DNA of 34,786 bases from a virus, in the IMG/VR virus record IMGVR_UViG_3300045988_092324, positions 1 through 34,786 of that record, one strand, 5' to 3'. The translations under genes were made by a program, and so were the position numbers. Below, piece after piece: positions 14,922-23,577 of this stretch (within the stretch, counting starts at the first letter, position 1; every line of letters starts with the position of its first letter). The notes under the pieces were generated by a model. That model saw only the letters and a program-made list of their open reading frames with translations, made no database searches and was not told the DNA's origin.

Positions 14922-15216
14922 CTCGAGGGTCGGAGGCTACCCGATGGGGGTGACCGACGCCACGATAGAGCGCTGCTACGGCGGCACCCGTGAGCCTAGG
15001 ATGTGCGGGAACTGCAGGCATTTCTGCGGCAGCGACATCCACGCCGACTACGGCTACTGCCGCCTCGAGTTCGAGCGAGTCTACGACACGGAGGCGCCGG
15101 GGCGCAAGGAGGGCTTCTGGCGGCTGGCGCAGTGGGCCGTGGCGTGGCTCATGGGGAACCTGCTGTACTGCGAGGACGAGTGCGGCGAGTGCCGCGACTA
15201 CGAGGGGATTGAATGA
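14914..15216 (+). CDS. Cys-rich hypothetical protein
   Basis: MCGNCRHFCGSD...YGYCRLEF...CEDECGECRDYEG; ATG at 14914 overlapping upstream stop. Confidence 0.65.
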   Translation: MSDSRVGGYPMGVTDATIERCYGGTREPRMCGNCRHFCGSDIHADYGYCRLEFERVYDTEAPGRKEGFWRLAQWAVAWLMGNLLYCEDECGECRDYEGIE

Positions 15217-15608
15217 TGAACATCGACATCAAGACAGCCGACGGCAAGGACATCGAGTTTGGCGGGACGTATTACGACGGGGCGGGTGCCCGTTATCGCG
15301 TGACCGGTATCAGGGTCCCCGACCATCAATTTCTCGCCAAATCGAAGCTCTACTGCATCAAGGAAGGAAGCGGCCCCGTATTGACGAATCCAGGCAGTCT
15401 CTATCTTGCCCCACCGGACAGCCTGGAGAAGCTGAGAGACGATCTGGACAGGTATGTCCGCAATCCAAATGGAACCATCTGCTCGTATTTCAATCGAGAG
15501 AGAAAGGATTGCGATGGCTGTAAGTTCCGGAACAACATCTTCTGCATCAACGCCTTGGTGCAAGACATCGACGAGCGCGTCCACCGTCTGTGCGGTGATG
15601 GCAAATGA
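15213..15608 (+). CDS. Cys-rich hypothetical protein, paralogue of the next gene
   Basis: PDSLEKLRDDLDRYVRNPNGTICSYFNRERKDCDGCKFRNNIFCI... Confidence 0.7.
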   Translation: MMNIDIKTADGKDIEFGGTYYDGAGARYRVTGIRVPDHQFLAKSKLYCIKEGSGPVLTNPGSLYLAPPDSLEKLRDDLDRYVRNPNGTICSYFNRERKDCDGCKFRNNIFCINALVQDIDERVHRLCGDGK

Positions 15609-16021
15609 TCAAGCTGCCGAAAGATGCCGAGGGCCGCGAGATTCCGCTGGATACCGAGGTGCTGTATGACGAGTGCGGAACAAAGGTGAGCGTGAAGGAG
15701 TTTCTATCCAGAACGTTGGTGGAGAGCCAGAAAACCGAATGGACGATTAAAGCCCAGTACGAAGGCAACTTTTACTACAACAGCTTCAAGCCGAAGAACA
15801 TGCACCTCACTCTGCCAGACACATGGGAGAAGCTGGAGGAGGACTTGGGAAGAGCGGCAGAACGCGATGTTGTTCCGACGTGCTGCCGATACTTCAACGC
15901 CGCCAACAAATGCAACGTTTGTCCGCTTTATGGCAGCGTTAACTGTGATGCGCATAGTGACGAGCGTGCATTTGAGAACATTCTCGACCGTATCCGCAAG
16001 CTGAGGGGCGAGGACAAATGA
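15605..16021 (+). CDS. Cys-rich hypothetical protein, paralogue of the previous gene
   Basis: PDTWEKLEEDLGRAAERDVVPTCCRYFNAANKCNVCPLYGSVNCD... Confidence 0.7.
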   Translation: MIKLPKDAEGREIPLDTEVLYDECGTKVSVKEFLSRTLVESQKTEWTIKAQYEGNFYYNSFKPKNMHLTLPDTWEKLEEDLGRAAERDVVPTCCRYFNAANKCNVCPLYGSVNCDAHSDERAFENILDRIRKLRGEDK

Positions 16022-16275
16022 ACATGACGCCATGCTGGATTTCCGAAATGCCCGGAGAGAAGACGAAAGCGCTGCTTATGGGTTTCTACCAAAAAGCGTG
16101 GACGCATGATGCATCGCCCCTAATCGGAGGGTTTCCCGCAGGGCAAATCGCGTACCCGGTCGCGGTCGTGCTGCTCGAATCGGGCGATGTTGTTACCGTA
16201 AACGCTGAATGCGTGACTATCGACTCGCCCGCAGAACTGTTTGAGCAGTACGCATGGATGGATGGTGAGGCCTGA
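16018..16275 (+). CDS. Hypothetical protein
   Basis: 85-aa ORF overlapping both neighbours by 1-4 nt. Confidence 0.65.
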   Translation: MNMTPCWISEMPGEKTKALLMGFYQKAWTHDASPLIGGFPAGQIAYPVAVVLLESGDVVTVNAECVTIDSPAELFEQYAWMDGEA

Positions 16276-16460
16276 TGGACAAAATCAAGCTGAAACCCTG
16301 TCCGTTCTGTGGTGGCGATGCCGAGATGCAGCAGGGCAAGTATCAAGGTCTGTGCACCTTCTACGTGAGCTGCTTGGGATGCGGCGCACGGACGGACCTA
16401 GAGTACGCCGAGGAGTTCGCTGCAGATCTATGGAATGAAAGGGTGAGCTATGTTGAATAA
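16275..16460 (+). CDS. Lar-family restriction alleviation-like protein
   Basis: KLKPCPFCGGDAEMQQGKYQGLCTFYVSCLGCGARTDLEYAEEFAADLWNER has Lar family layout (CPFCG...C..CGA....A...WN.R). Confidence 0.78.
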   Translation: MDKIKLKPCPFCGGDAEMQQGKYQGLCTFYVSCLGCGARTDLEYAEEFAADLWNERVSYVE

Positions 16461-16779
16461 GCGAGCGATGATTTCACAGCCTATGGCTGGTAAGACAGAC
16501 GAGGAGATCGCGGAGGCGAGGGACAAGGCACACGCCAAGCTGCGCGAGATGGGCTACGAGTTCGTAAACACCCTGTTCACCGACGAGTGGTACAGCGACG
16601 AGGCCATGGAGGAGCGCGGCGTGGTGCAGGTCCCGCTCTGCTATCTCGCGAAATCTCTTGAGAACATGAGCCTGTGCCATGCGGCCTACTTCTGCAAAGG
16701 CTGGGAAAACGCACGCGGATGCCGCATCGAGCATGATGCCGCCGTCGCGTACGGGCTTGAGGTGCTGTATGAGGGTTAG
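16450..16779 (+). CDS. DUF4406-like (nucleoside 2-deoxyribosyltransferase-related) protein
   Basis: AMISQPMAGKTDEEIAEARDKA...LAKSLENMSLCHAAYFCKGWENARGCRIEHDAAVAYGLEV. Confidence 0.78.
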   Translation: MLNKRAMISQPMAGKTDEEIAEARDKAHAKLREMGYEFVNTLFTDEWYSDEAMEERGVVQVPLCYLAKSLENMSLCHAAYFCKGWENARGCRIEHDAAVAYGLEVLYEG

Positions 16780-16975
16780 CAATGAAGAGCGCCGCGAGGT
16801 GGCCGAGAATTTGCGAAACCTTACAATCGGCTACTTCATCCAGTACAAGGAGCAGTTCTTTGACGAGCTCGCCGAGGTGGTGGTCGGCTTCGAGGACTAC
16901 CACGACTTCAATGTTGTCCTCGAAAAGCTCGCCGACCTCATCGACCCGGAAGGGGGAGGCGATGATTACCGATAA
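16769..16975 (+). CDS. Hypothetical protein
   Basis: MRVSNEERREVAENLRNLTIGYFIQ...; overlaps neighbours. Confidence 0.6.
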   Translation: MRVSNEERREVAENLRNLTIGYFIQYKEQFFDELAEVVVGFEDYHDFNVVLEKLADLIDPEGGGDDYR

Positions 16976-17363
16976 GCAGCGCCGCAAGGCCGTCGATTTC
17001 CTGCGCTCAGGCAAGTGCTTGTACTTTGCCGAGCACCGGAAAACGGAGCTCGACTGTAGCCGGTGCATGAAGGTGAGCACGATGCTTTTCGGCCACTACG
17101 ATGCACTTTGCGATTTGGACAGCTGCGGGACCGATACATGGCAGAGATTGGCAGACCTAATCGACCGCCCGACCTGCTACGACCTTGTCGAGCACAAGCA
17201 GGATCCGTTCATCCCGGGCAAGCGGATGGTCGACGGCTACTTCCACTGTTCCGACTGCGGATGGGATGGGCAGATCTGGGAGCATATCGGCTTCGGGGAC
17301 ATGCTTGCGTATGAAGCCGTCCATTGCCCGAAGTGCGGGGCCAGAATCGAGCGCCGTGCGTGA
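16962..17363 (+). CDS. Zinc-ribbon-containing hypothetical protein
   Basis: CSRCMK; FHCSDCGWDGQIW...HCPKCGARIE; RBS gggggagg. Confidence 0.7.
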   Translation: MITDKQRRKAVDFLRSGKCLYFAEHRKTELDCSRCMKVSTMLFGHYDALCDLDSCGTDTWQRLADLIDRPTCYDLVEHKQDPFIPGKRMVDGYFHCSDCGWDGQIWEHIGFGDMLAYEAVHCPKCGARIERRA

Positions 17364-17422
17364 TGTGGTCCCCGGCTCTTGGTATGGTAGCCGAAGCAAA
17401 CCGAGCGCGAGGGGGTATGCGA

Positions 17423-17839
17423 ATGGCGTGTAGGCCACCTGTAGGAGATGGGCCAAAAGGCCCATCTACAAAGTCAACACATCCGTTGAGGGACGAGTGG
17501 GCGCTCCGGAAGGGGCGCTCCTCTTACGTCCTGTGGACCGACGAGATGATAGGGCGGATGCAGGCGCACCCGGAGCGGACGGCGGCGGAGATCGCCGCGG
17601 AGCTGAGGGTGACGCCGAGCGCCGTGAGGCACGCGCGGCAGCGGTACGGGCGCTTTTCGACCGGAACGGATGGGCTGTGCATCGTGTGCGACGCGCGGCC
17701 CGTGTTCGACACGTCGGCGCAGGCGAAGAAGTGGAGGCTGTGCAAGGGATGCTATCTGGCGGAGCGGAAGAGGCGGCTCGAGGAGGAGGCGGAGAGCAAC
17801 CGCATACGACAGGCCGCGCACAGGAAGAAGGCCGAGTAG
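17423..17839 (+). CDS. HTH/zinc-binding regulator, possible late-gene regulator
   Basis: WTDEMIGRMQAHPERTAAEIAAELRVTPSAVRHARQRYGR plus CIVCDARP...WRLCKGCYLAERKRR; start chosen at 17423 by RBS gaggggg. Confidence 0.65.
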   Translation: MACRPPVGDGPKGPSTKSTHPLRDEWALRKGRSSYVLWTDEMIGRMQAHPERTAAEIAAELRVTPSAVRHARQRYGRFSTGTDGLCIVCDARPVFDTSAQAKKWRLCKGCYLAERKRRLEEEAESNRIRQAAHRKKAE

Positions 17840-17842
17840 CCG

Positions 17843-17869
17843 AAAGGCCCCGGGAAACCGGGGCCTTTT
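17843..17869 (+). terminator. Intrinsic terminator
   Basis: AAAGGCCCCGG-GAAA-CCGGGGCCTTTT. Confidence 0.9.
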
Positions 17870-17882
17870 CTTTGCCCGTTAC

Positions 17883-17980
17883 CCCCTTTTTACGCTCGTG
17901 GGCAAACGCACGCGCTTGTCCACGTGCGTAAAAAGGTGGGAACGTTCGCGTTTCCATATGGCTATCTAGCAGCGGAAACG
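17883..17980. other. Structured intergenic region before terS, candidate cos/pac
   Basis: 19-nt arms (17883-17901 / 17920-17938, 17 of 19 complementary) followed by CGTTTCC (17949-17955) / GGAAACG (17974-17980). Confidence 0.4.
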
Positions 17981-17987
17981 TGATTTT

Positions 17988-18383
17988 GTGGCGGGAAAAG
18001 GGCGCGAAAAACTGACCAAGGAGGGCATCGAGGATGCCGTCCGCCTGTGCCGTGCCGGACTGACCGACAGGGACATCGCCGCATATCTCGGGGTCGCACG
18101 CGAGACATACAGCCGCTGGATCAACCACCCCAGAACCGACAATCAGCGTCAACTGTGTCACGTTCTAAAAAAGGCCGAGGTCGAGCGCAAGGCGACGCTC
18201 GTGGGCCGCATCATGGACGCGAGCGGCGACAGCTGGCAGGCGGCGGCGTGGCTGCTCGAGCGCAAGTACCCGCAGGAGTACGCCAAGGCGCAGCGCATCA
18301 TGGACACCACCGACACGGCGGTGCTCAAGGCCGCCAAGGAGCTGGTGCTGTCCGTGCCGTCCTCAATCGGCGGGGACGAGTAG
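17988..18383 (+). CDS. terS: Terminase small subunit
   Basis: GTG start; LTKEGIEDAVRLCRAGLTDRDIAAYLGVARETYSRWIN HTH and GDSWQAAAWLLERKYPQEYAK; directly before TerL. Confidence 0.82.
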   Translation: MAGKGREKLTKEGIEDAVRLCRAGLTDRDIAAYLGVARETYSRWINHPRTDNQRQLCHVLKKAEVERKATLVGRIMDASGDSWQAAAWLLERKYPQEYAKAQRIMDTTDTAVLKAAKELVLSVPSSIGGDE

Positions 18384-18386
18384 CCG

Positions 18387-19613
18387 ATGCCGCTCACGAG
18401 GATGCAGCGCGAGTACCTCGCCAACTGCACGCACCGCTACAACGTGAAGTGCGGGGCGACGGGCTCGGGCAAGAGCTACGTCGACATAGCCGTGACCATA
18501 CCGCAGAGGCTTCTCGCCATGAGGGGCGAGGGGCTGGCGGTGATGATAGGCAACACCCGCTCGACGCTCGAGCGCAACATCCTCGAGCCGATGCGCTCGC
18601 TCTACAGCGAGGACGTCGTCAGCCAGATCGGGCGGGACAACACTGCCCGGATATTCGGGCGCAAGGTCTACTGCCTCGGGGCGGACAAGAAGACGAGCGT
18701 ATCCAAGATTCAGGGCGCCACGTTCGAGTGGGTCTACGGCGACGAGGTCGCCACGTGGAGCGAAGACGTGTTCCAGATGCTCAAGAGCCGCCTGCGCTGC
18801 GAGCACAGCCGATTCGACGGCACCTGCAACCCCGACAGCCCCAACCACTGGTTCAAGCGGTTCCTCGACGGCGACAGCGACATCTACAGGCAGGACTACA
18901 CGATCTGGGACGGTGCGCTGGCACCGGATGTCATCGAGGCCCTCATCAAGGACTACGGCAGCGGCGTGTACTACGACCGCTACATCCTGGGCAAGTGGAC
19001 GCTGGCCGAGGGCCTGGTCTACCCCGGGTGGGAGGGTGCCCTAGAGAGCCGGTATGCGGGCGGCGCCGCCAAGTACGCGGTGTCTTGCGACTACGGAACT
19101 CAGAACGCCTTTGCGGCGCTTCTGTGGGCGTTTGACGGCCGTGTGTGGCACGTGGTGGACGAGTACCGCTACTCGGGCCGCGACACGGGGCACCAGAAGA
19201 CGGACGCCGACTACGTGGCCGACATGGCCGACTTCGTGCGCGGGCTGGGCAAGCCGCCCACGTTCATCATCGACCCGAGCGCCACGAGCTTCATCGCCGC
19301 GATGCGGCAGGCCGGGTTCAAGACCAAGAAGGGGCGCAACGACGTCGCGGACGGCATACGGGAGACGGGGGTGTGCCTGGGCAACGGCGCGGTGCGCATC
19401 TCCGACGCCTGCGCGGGGCTGATAGGCGAGCTCGGCGGCTACTGCTGGGACGCCAAGGCCGACGGCGACAGGCCCGTCAAGGTCGAGGACCACAGCTGCG
19501 ACGCGCTCCGTTACGGCGTGGCGACACTGCGCATGTACAAACCGCAGAAACAGCAGGTAAACCCGCTGTTCGATAGGGAAGGGAGGGGCCGATGGCAGAC
19601 GGCCCGATCGTGA
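18387..19613 (+). CDS. terL: Terminase large subunit (PBSX-like)
   Basis: Walker A-like GATGSGKSYVD, YGDEVATWSEDVFQMLKSRLR, nuclease region DYGTQN...FIIDPSA. Confidence 0.93.
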   Translation: MPLTRMQREYLANCTHRYNVKCGATGSGKSYVDIAVTIPQRLLAMRGEGLAVMIGNTRSTLERNILEPMRSLYSEDVVSQIGRDNTARIFGRKVYCLGADKKTSVSKIQGATFEWVYGDEVATWSEDVFQMLKSRLRCEHSRFDGTCNPDSPNHWFKRFLDGDSDIYRQDYTIWDGALAPDVIEALIKDYGSGVYYDRYILGKWTLAEGLVYPGWEGALESRYAGGAAKYAVSCDYGTQNAFAALLWAFDGRVWHVVDEYRYSGRDTGHQKTDADYVADMADFVRGLGKPPTFIIDPSATSFIAAMRQAGFKTKKGRNDVADGIRETGVCLGNGAVRISDACAGLIGELGGYCWDAKADGDRPVKVEDHSCDALRYGVATLRMYKPQKQQVNPLFDREGRGRWQTARS

Positions 19614-21028
19614 CGGCGGCTGACATGGCGGCGGCGGGCTCGGCGGCGGGGTTCGCCGCGGACGCCGTGAGGCGCCACATGGCCGGCGAGATGTACCGCA
19701 ACGCCGTGGCGGCCAACGACTACTACCGCCAGCAGAACGTGACCATCAGCAGGTTCACCAAGATCGTGTACTCGAGCGCCGGCACGCCGGTCGACGACTA
19801 CACGGCGTCGGACATGCGAATCAAGTCCAACCTGTTCAAGCGCCTGAACGGGCAGCGCTGCTCATACTCGCTCGGCAAGGGCGTGAGCTTCGTCGACGTC
19901 TCGAAGGGCGGCGAGGACACCACCAAGGAGGCGCTGGGCGACCGCTTCGACGACGACGTGATGAAGATAGGCCTTTACGCGCTCATCCACGGCATCTCGT
20001 TCCCGTTCTGGAACCTCGACCACATCGACGTGTTCACCGCCGACGAGTTCTGCCCGGTGTGGGACGAGGTGAGCGGCGCGATGGTGGCCGGCGTGCGCTT
20101 CTGGCGCCTGGACCCGGACCACCCGTGGAACGCCACGCTCTACGAGCAGGACGGCTACACGCAGATGGCGGCCCCGGCCGCCGGCACGCTCGACTTCGCC
20201 GTGACGGAGGCGAAGCGCGCCTACAAGGTGACCTACGAGGAGGTGCCGGCCGACGGCCTCGCGCTGGCCGTTGACGAGGAGAACTACTCGCGCCTGCCCA
20301 TCGTGCCCGTGTGGGGCAGCGACGCGCACCAGTCCACGCTCGTGGGCATGCGCGGGGGCATCGACGCCTACGACATGATCAAGAGCGGCCTGTGCAACGA
20401 CGTCAACGACTGCGCGCAGGTCTACTGGATAGTCAACGGCGCCGGCGGCATGGACGACCGCGAGCTCGACCTTTGGCGCGCCAAGCTCAAGCTGACGCAC
20501 GTGGCGCAGGTCGACGCCGAGCAGGGGCAGGCCGCGACGCCGTATGTGCAGGAGGTGCCCGTGGCGAGCCGCCGCGAGACGCTGGCCCAGATAAAGGCCG
20601 ACATCTACGAGGACTTCGGCGCGCTCGACGTGCACACCATCGCCGCCGGCGCGACCAACGACCACATCGACGCCGCATACCAGCCGCTCGACGAGGAGGC
20701 CGCGGAGTTCGAGCGCCACATGCGAGAGGGCATCATGGACCTGCTCGCGCTCCAGGGCATCGAGGACACGCCGATCTTCACCCGCACGCGCATCAGCAAC
20801 ACCAAGGAGCAGATCGAGAACGTGTGCCTGGAGGCCGAGTGGCTCGACGAGGAGACCATCCTGCGCAAGCTGCCGAACATCACGCCCGACGAGGCCGCCG
20901 AGATTTTGGAGCGCAAGCGGCGGGAGCAGGAGGAGCGCATGGCAGCGCTGCCGCCGGCGCTCGCTGCCAACGCGACGGGGGCCGCGGGTACAGACGACGA
21001 CAGCGACGACGGGGACGGCGAGGAGTAG
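19592..21028 (+). CDS. Portal protein (SPP1 gp6-like)
   Basis: NDYYRQQNVTISRFTKIVYSSAGTPVDDYTASDMRIKSNLFKRL...; follows TerL. Confidence 0.88.
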   Translation: MADGPIVTAADMAAAGSAAGFAADAVRRHMAGEMYRNAVAANDYYRQQNVTISRFTKIVYSSAGTPVDDYTASDMRIKSNLFKRLNGQRCSYSLGKGVSFVDVSKGGEDTTKEALGDRFDDDVMKIGLYALIHGISFPFWNLDHIDVFTADEFCPVWDEVSGAMVAGVRFWRLDPDHPWNATLYEQDGYTQMAAPAAGTLDFAVTEAKRAYKVTYEEVPADGLALAVDEENYSRLPIVPVWGSDAHQSTLVGMRGGIDAYDMIKSGLCNDVNDCAQVYWIVNGAGGMDDRELDLWRAKLKLTHVAQVDAEQGQAATPYVQEVPVASRRETLAQIKADIYEDFGALDVHTIAAGATNDHIDAAYQPLDEEAAEFERHMREGIMDLLALQGIEDTPIFTRTRISNTKEQIENVCLEAEWLDEETILRKLPNITPDEAAEILERKRREQEERMAALPPALAANATGAAGTDDDSDDGDGEE

Positions 21029-21031
21029 CGC

Positions 21032-22762
21032 ATGGCCGCGGACGAGGCCCACGAGTTCTCAGACGCCGAGATTCGGGCGTTCGAGCGCGAGGTGGCGGGA
21101 GTGTACGGCGAGGCGGGCAAGACTGTATACGCCAACCTCAAGCGCTATCTGGCGCAGTTCGAGGCCGACGACGAGAAGATGCGCGGGCGTCTCGAGGCCG
21201 GCGAGATCACCAAGGCTCAATACAGGTCTTGGCGAAGCGGGAAGATAGCGGCCGGCAGGCGCTACCGAATCGTCCTCAAGCAGTGCGCCGAGGCCATGAC
21301 GCACGCTAACGTCGTCGCAGCCGCCGCCATCGAGGGCAGGCTGCCCGAGGTCTACGCCGAGAACTACAACTACGGCACGTGGCAGGTCGAGAGCGCCGTG
21401 GGCTGGGACACGTCATTCGCGCTGCAGGACGCCTCGACCGTGCAGAGGCTGCTCACCGACCACGACAGCTACCTGCCCAAGCCGTCCGTCAACGTCGCCA
21501 AGGACATGGCGTGGAACCGCCGGCTCATCGCCAACCAGATCACGCAGGGCGTGCTGCTCGGCGAGTCGATACCCAAGATAGCCAAGCGCATGCAGGACGT
21601 GACGGGGGCGAACCGCGCGGCGGCGGTGCGCTTGGCGCGGACCTCGACGACGGCGGCGGAGAACGCCGGGCGCGTCGACAGCTACAAGAGGGCCAAGGGG
21701 CTCGGCATCAAGGTGCAGCAGGAGTGGCTGGCGACGATGGACGGCCGCACGCGCTCGAGCCACAGGAAGCTCGACGGCGAGAAGGTCGAGGTCGGGGAGA
21801 AGTTCAGCAACGGGTGCCGCTATCCCGGCGACCCGGAGGCGCCGTATGCCGAGACGTGCAACTGCCGCTGCACGCTCATCGCGGCCGTGGATGGCGTGGA
21901 CTACAGCGACGGCAAGCGCTGGAGCAGGCTGCCCGAGGGCATGACCTACGAGGAGTGGAAGGCCGGCAAGCCCGCCGTCACAGGCGCCAAACCGGCCGAC
22001 CGCACCATCTCCGAGTTCATGGGGATGCCCGGCACGGCCCGCAAGCTCGACGCCGCTGGCGTGTCGCCGACCGAGGCGAGAAAGAGGCTCACCGAGCAGC
22101 TCAAGGAGTACGGCATACCGTCCGGCTCGTTCCGCAAGATGAGCGCGGGCGACCAGCAGAAGGTGCTGGACACGGCGCTGGCGACGGAGAGGGGTATCAC
22201 CTCGAAGCGACATTCGGCCCGCGGCTCGAAGGTCAACATGGACCTCGTGAAGTCGGACGGCTACGCCGCGAAGTTCTCGAAGCTGGACATGCCGAGGGAT
22301 GCCGCCGCGTCTGTCCGCAAGTCGGCGGTCGCCATGCTGTCGCACCGCTCTGGAAGCGATCTCGAGGACCTCGTCCTCGTGTCGAAGTCCGATGGCAGGG
22401 TGGTCGCGCGGAGCACGGCCGGAACGGTTCCGTTCGAGACCGCCAGAAACGCGGAAGTCGACAGGGCCATCTCGACACATCCGCGCGGAGACCTCGTCTC
22501 GGTCCATAACCACCCGACCGACCTGCCGCCGACGGGCAGCGACTTCGTCTCGGCGGGCTACAAGGGATACGGCGGCGGCGTCGTGGCCCTGCACAACGGC
22601 GAGGTGTTCTATTACGAGGTGGGGGACATTCCATTTAGAGTCGAGTCCTTCGACAACAAGGTCGAGAATAAAGTTAAAATGGGGACAAGCAGGTATGACG
22701 CCATTATCGAAGTCATGCGCGAGTTTGAGAGGAGCCATGGCATCAAATGGGAAAAGCTATAG
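21032..22762 (+). CDS. MuF/SPP1 gp7-like minor head protein with C-terminal JAB/RadC-like domain
   Basis: MuF region RLARTSTTAAENAGRVDSYKRAKGLGIKVQQEWLATMDGRTRSSHRKLDGE...CNCRC; C-terminus GDLVSVHNHPTDLPPTGSDFVSAGYKG has HxHP...SD metalloprotease-like motif. Confidence 0.82.
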   Translation: MAADEAHEFSDAEIRAFEREVAGVYGEAGKTVYANLKRYLAQFEADDEKMRGRLEAGEITKAQYRSWRSGKIAAGRRYRIVLKQCAEAMTHANVVAAAAIEGRLPEVYAENYNYGTWQVESAVGWDTSFALQDASTVQRLLTDHDSYLPKPSVNVAKDMAWNRRLIANQITQGVLLGESIPKIAKRMQDVTGANRAAAVRLARTSTTAAENAGRVDSYKRAKGLGIKVQQEWLATMDGRTRSSHRKLDGEKVEVGEKFSNGCRYPGDPEAPYAETCNCRCTLIAAVDGVDYSDGKRWSRLPEGMTYEEWKAGKPAVTGAKPADRTISEFMGMPGTARKLDAAGVSPTEARKRLTEQLKEYGIPSGSFRKMSAGDQQKVLDTALATERGITSKRHSARGSKVNMDLVKSDGYAAKFSKLDMPRDAAASVRKSAVAMLSHRSGSDLEDLVLVSKSDGRVVARSTAGTVPFETARNAEVDRAISTHPRGDLVSVHNHPTDLPPTGSDFVSAGYKGYGGGVVALHNGEVFYYEVGDIPFRVESFDNKVENKVKMGTSRYDAIIEVMREFERSHGIKWEKL

Positions 22763-22938
22763 ACTATGACTCCTTTGGGGTCGACGACCGACCGGATAGG
22801 CTCTCCGACGTTCCCGATGAGGCCCTCGAAGCCCTGCTCGAGGACGAGCGCCAAAATCCGCCGAAAACATGGGAAGAGGCATGGCGCCGCAGCATCGACT
22901 GGGAGCTCGAGCACGGCGTCAGGAGCACTAATGGCTAA
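22747..22938 (+). CDS. Small acidic protein following the MuF effector-like gene
   Basis: 63 aa, MGKAIDYDSFGVDDRPDRLSDVPDEALEALLEDERQNPPKTWEEAWRRSIDWELEHGVRSTNG; overlaps neighbours. Confidence 0.6.
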   Translation: MGKAIDYDSFGVDDRPDRLSDVPDEALEALLEDERQNPPKTWEEAWRRSIDWELEHGVRSTNG

Positions 22939-23272
22939 GAACGACTACCACGTGATCGTCTACCGCATCCTCCTGTACCTCTATACGTGCCTGAAGGGCG
23001 GGGAGGACGTCGACCCCAAGAGGCTCGACGAGATCGCCCTCGCCGCAGGCGCGAACGAGCGGTACTGGCACTACATCCTGTGCAGCCTGCTCGACTACGG
23101 ATTCATCTCGGGGGCGGTCAGGGTCGAGGTCGACAACACGTTCGACCGCGTCTACGGCCTCGACGGCGCCTGCATCACGCCCCGCGGCATCGAGTACCTG
23201 ACCGACAACTCCTTCATGGCCAAGGTGAGGAAGTTCCTCAAGGAGGCCAAGGACATAGACCCGTTCATCTGA
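22931..23272 (+). CDS. YjcQ-like winged-helix protein
   Basis: VIVYRILLYLYTCLKGGEDVDPKRLDEIALAAGANERYWHYILCSLLDYGFISGA...ITPRGIEYLTDNSFMAKVRKFLKEAKD. Confidence 0.7.
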   Translation: MAKNDYHVIVYRILLYLYTCLKGGEDVDPKRLDEIALAAGANERYWHYILCSLLDYGFISGAVRVEVDNTFDRVYGLDGACITPRGIEYLTDNSFMAKVRKFLKEAKDIDPFI

Positions 23273-23277
23273 CTGTG

Positions 23278-23304
23278 AGGCCCCGCCGTGGCGGGGCCTT
23301 TTCC
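23278..23304 (+). terminator. Intrinsic terminator
   Basis: AGGCCCCGCC/GGCGGGGCCT hairpin then TTTT. Confidence 0.8.
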
Positions 23305-23355
23305 ATGCCGCGTGACCGCGGCGGGAACATCCTCCCAGACGCGAGGGAGGACCCC

Positions 23356-23577
23356 ATGAACCCCATAACCGAATGTAAGCGATGCTCCGACTGCGCCATC
23401 AGGCTCGGCTTCGGCTTCACCCAGCCCGACGTGCTGATATGCACCGTGCGAGGCGACGATGTGGGGCCGGGCGACGGCTGCACCATGGGCATCCCCGGTG
23501 AGCCCGTGCAGGCCGTCGAGGCGTGCGAGGTAGACGTGTCCGGCCGCGTCGGCTACGGCACGGAGGTGCTGGACTGA
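23356..23577 (+). CDS. Cys-rich hypothetical protein
   Basis: MNPITECKRCSDCAIRLGFGF...CTVRGDDVGPGDGC; RBS gggagg. Confidence 0.6.
   Translation: MNPITECKRCSDCAIRLGFGFTQPDVLICTVRGDDVGPGDGCTMGIPGEPVQAVEACEVDVSGRVGYGTEVLD

Noticed and set aside
21413-22738. 441-aa minus-strand ORF
   Set aside because: Antisense shadow of the MuF-like gene, Arg/His-rich without domain features.
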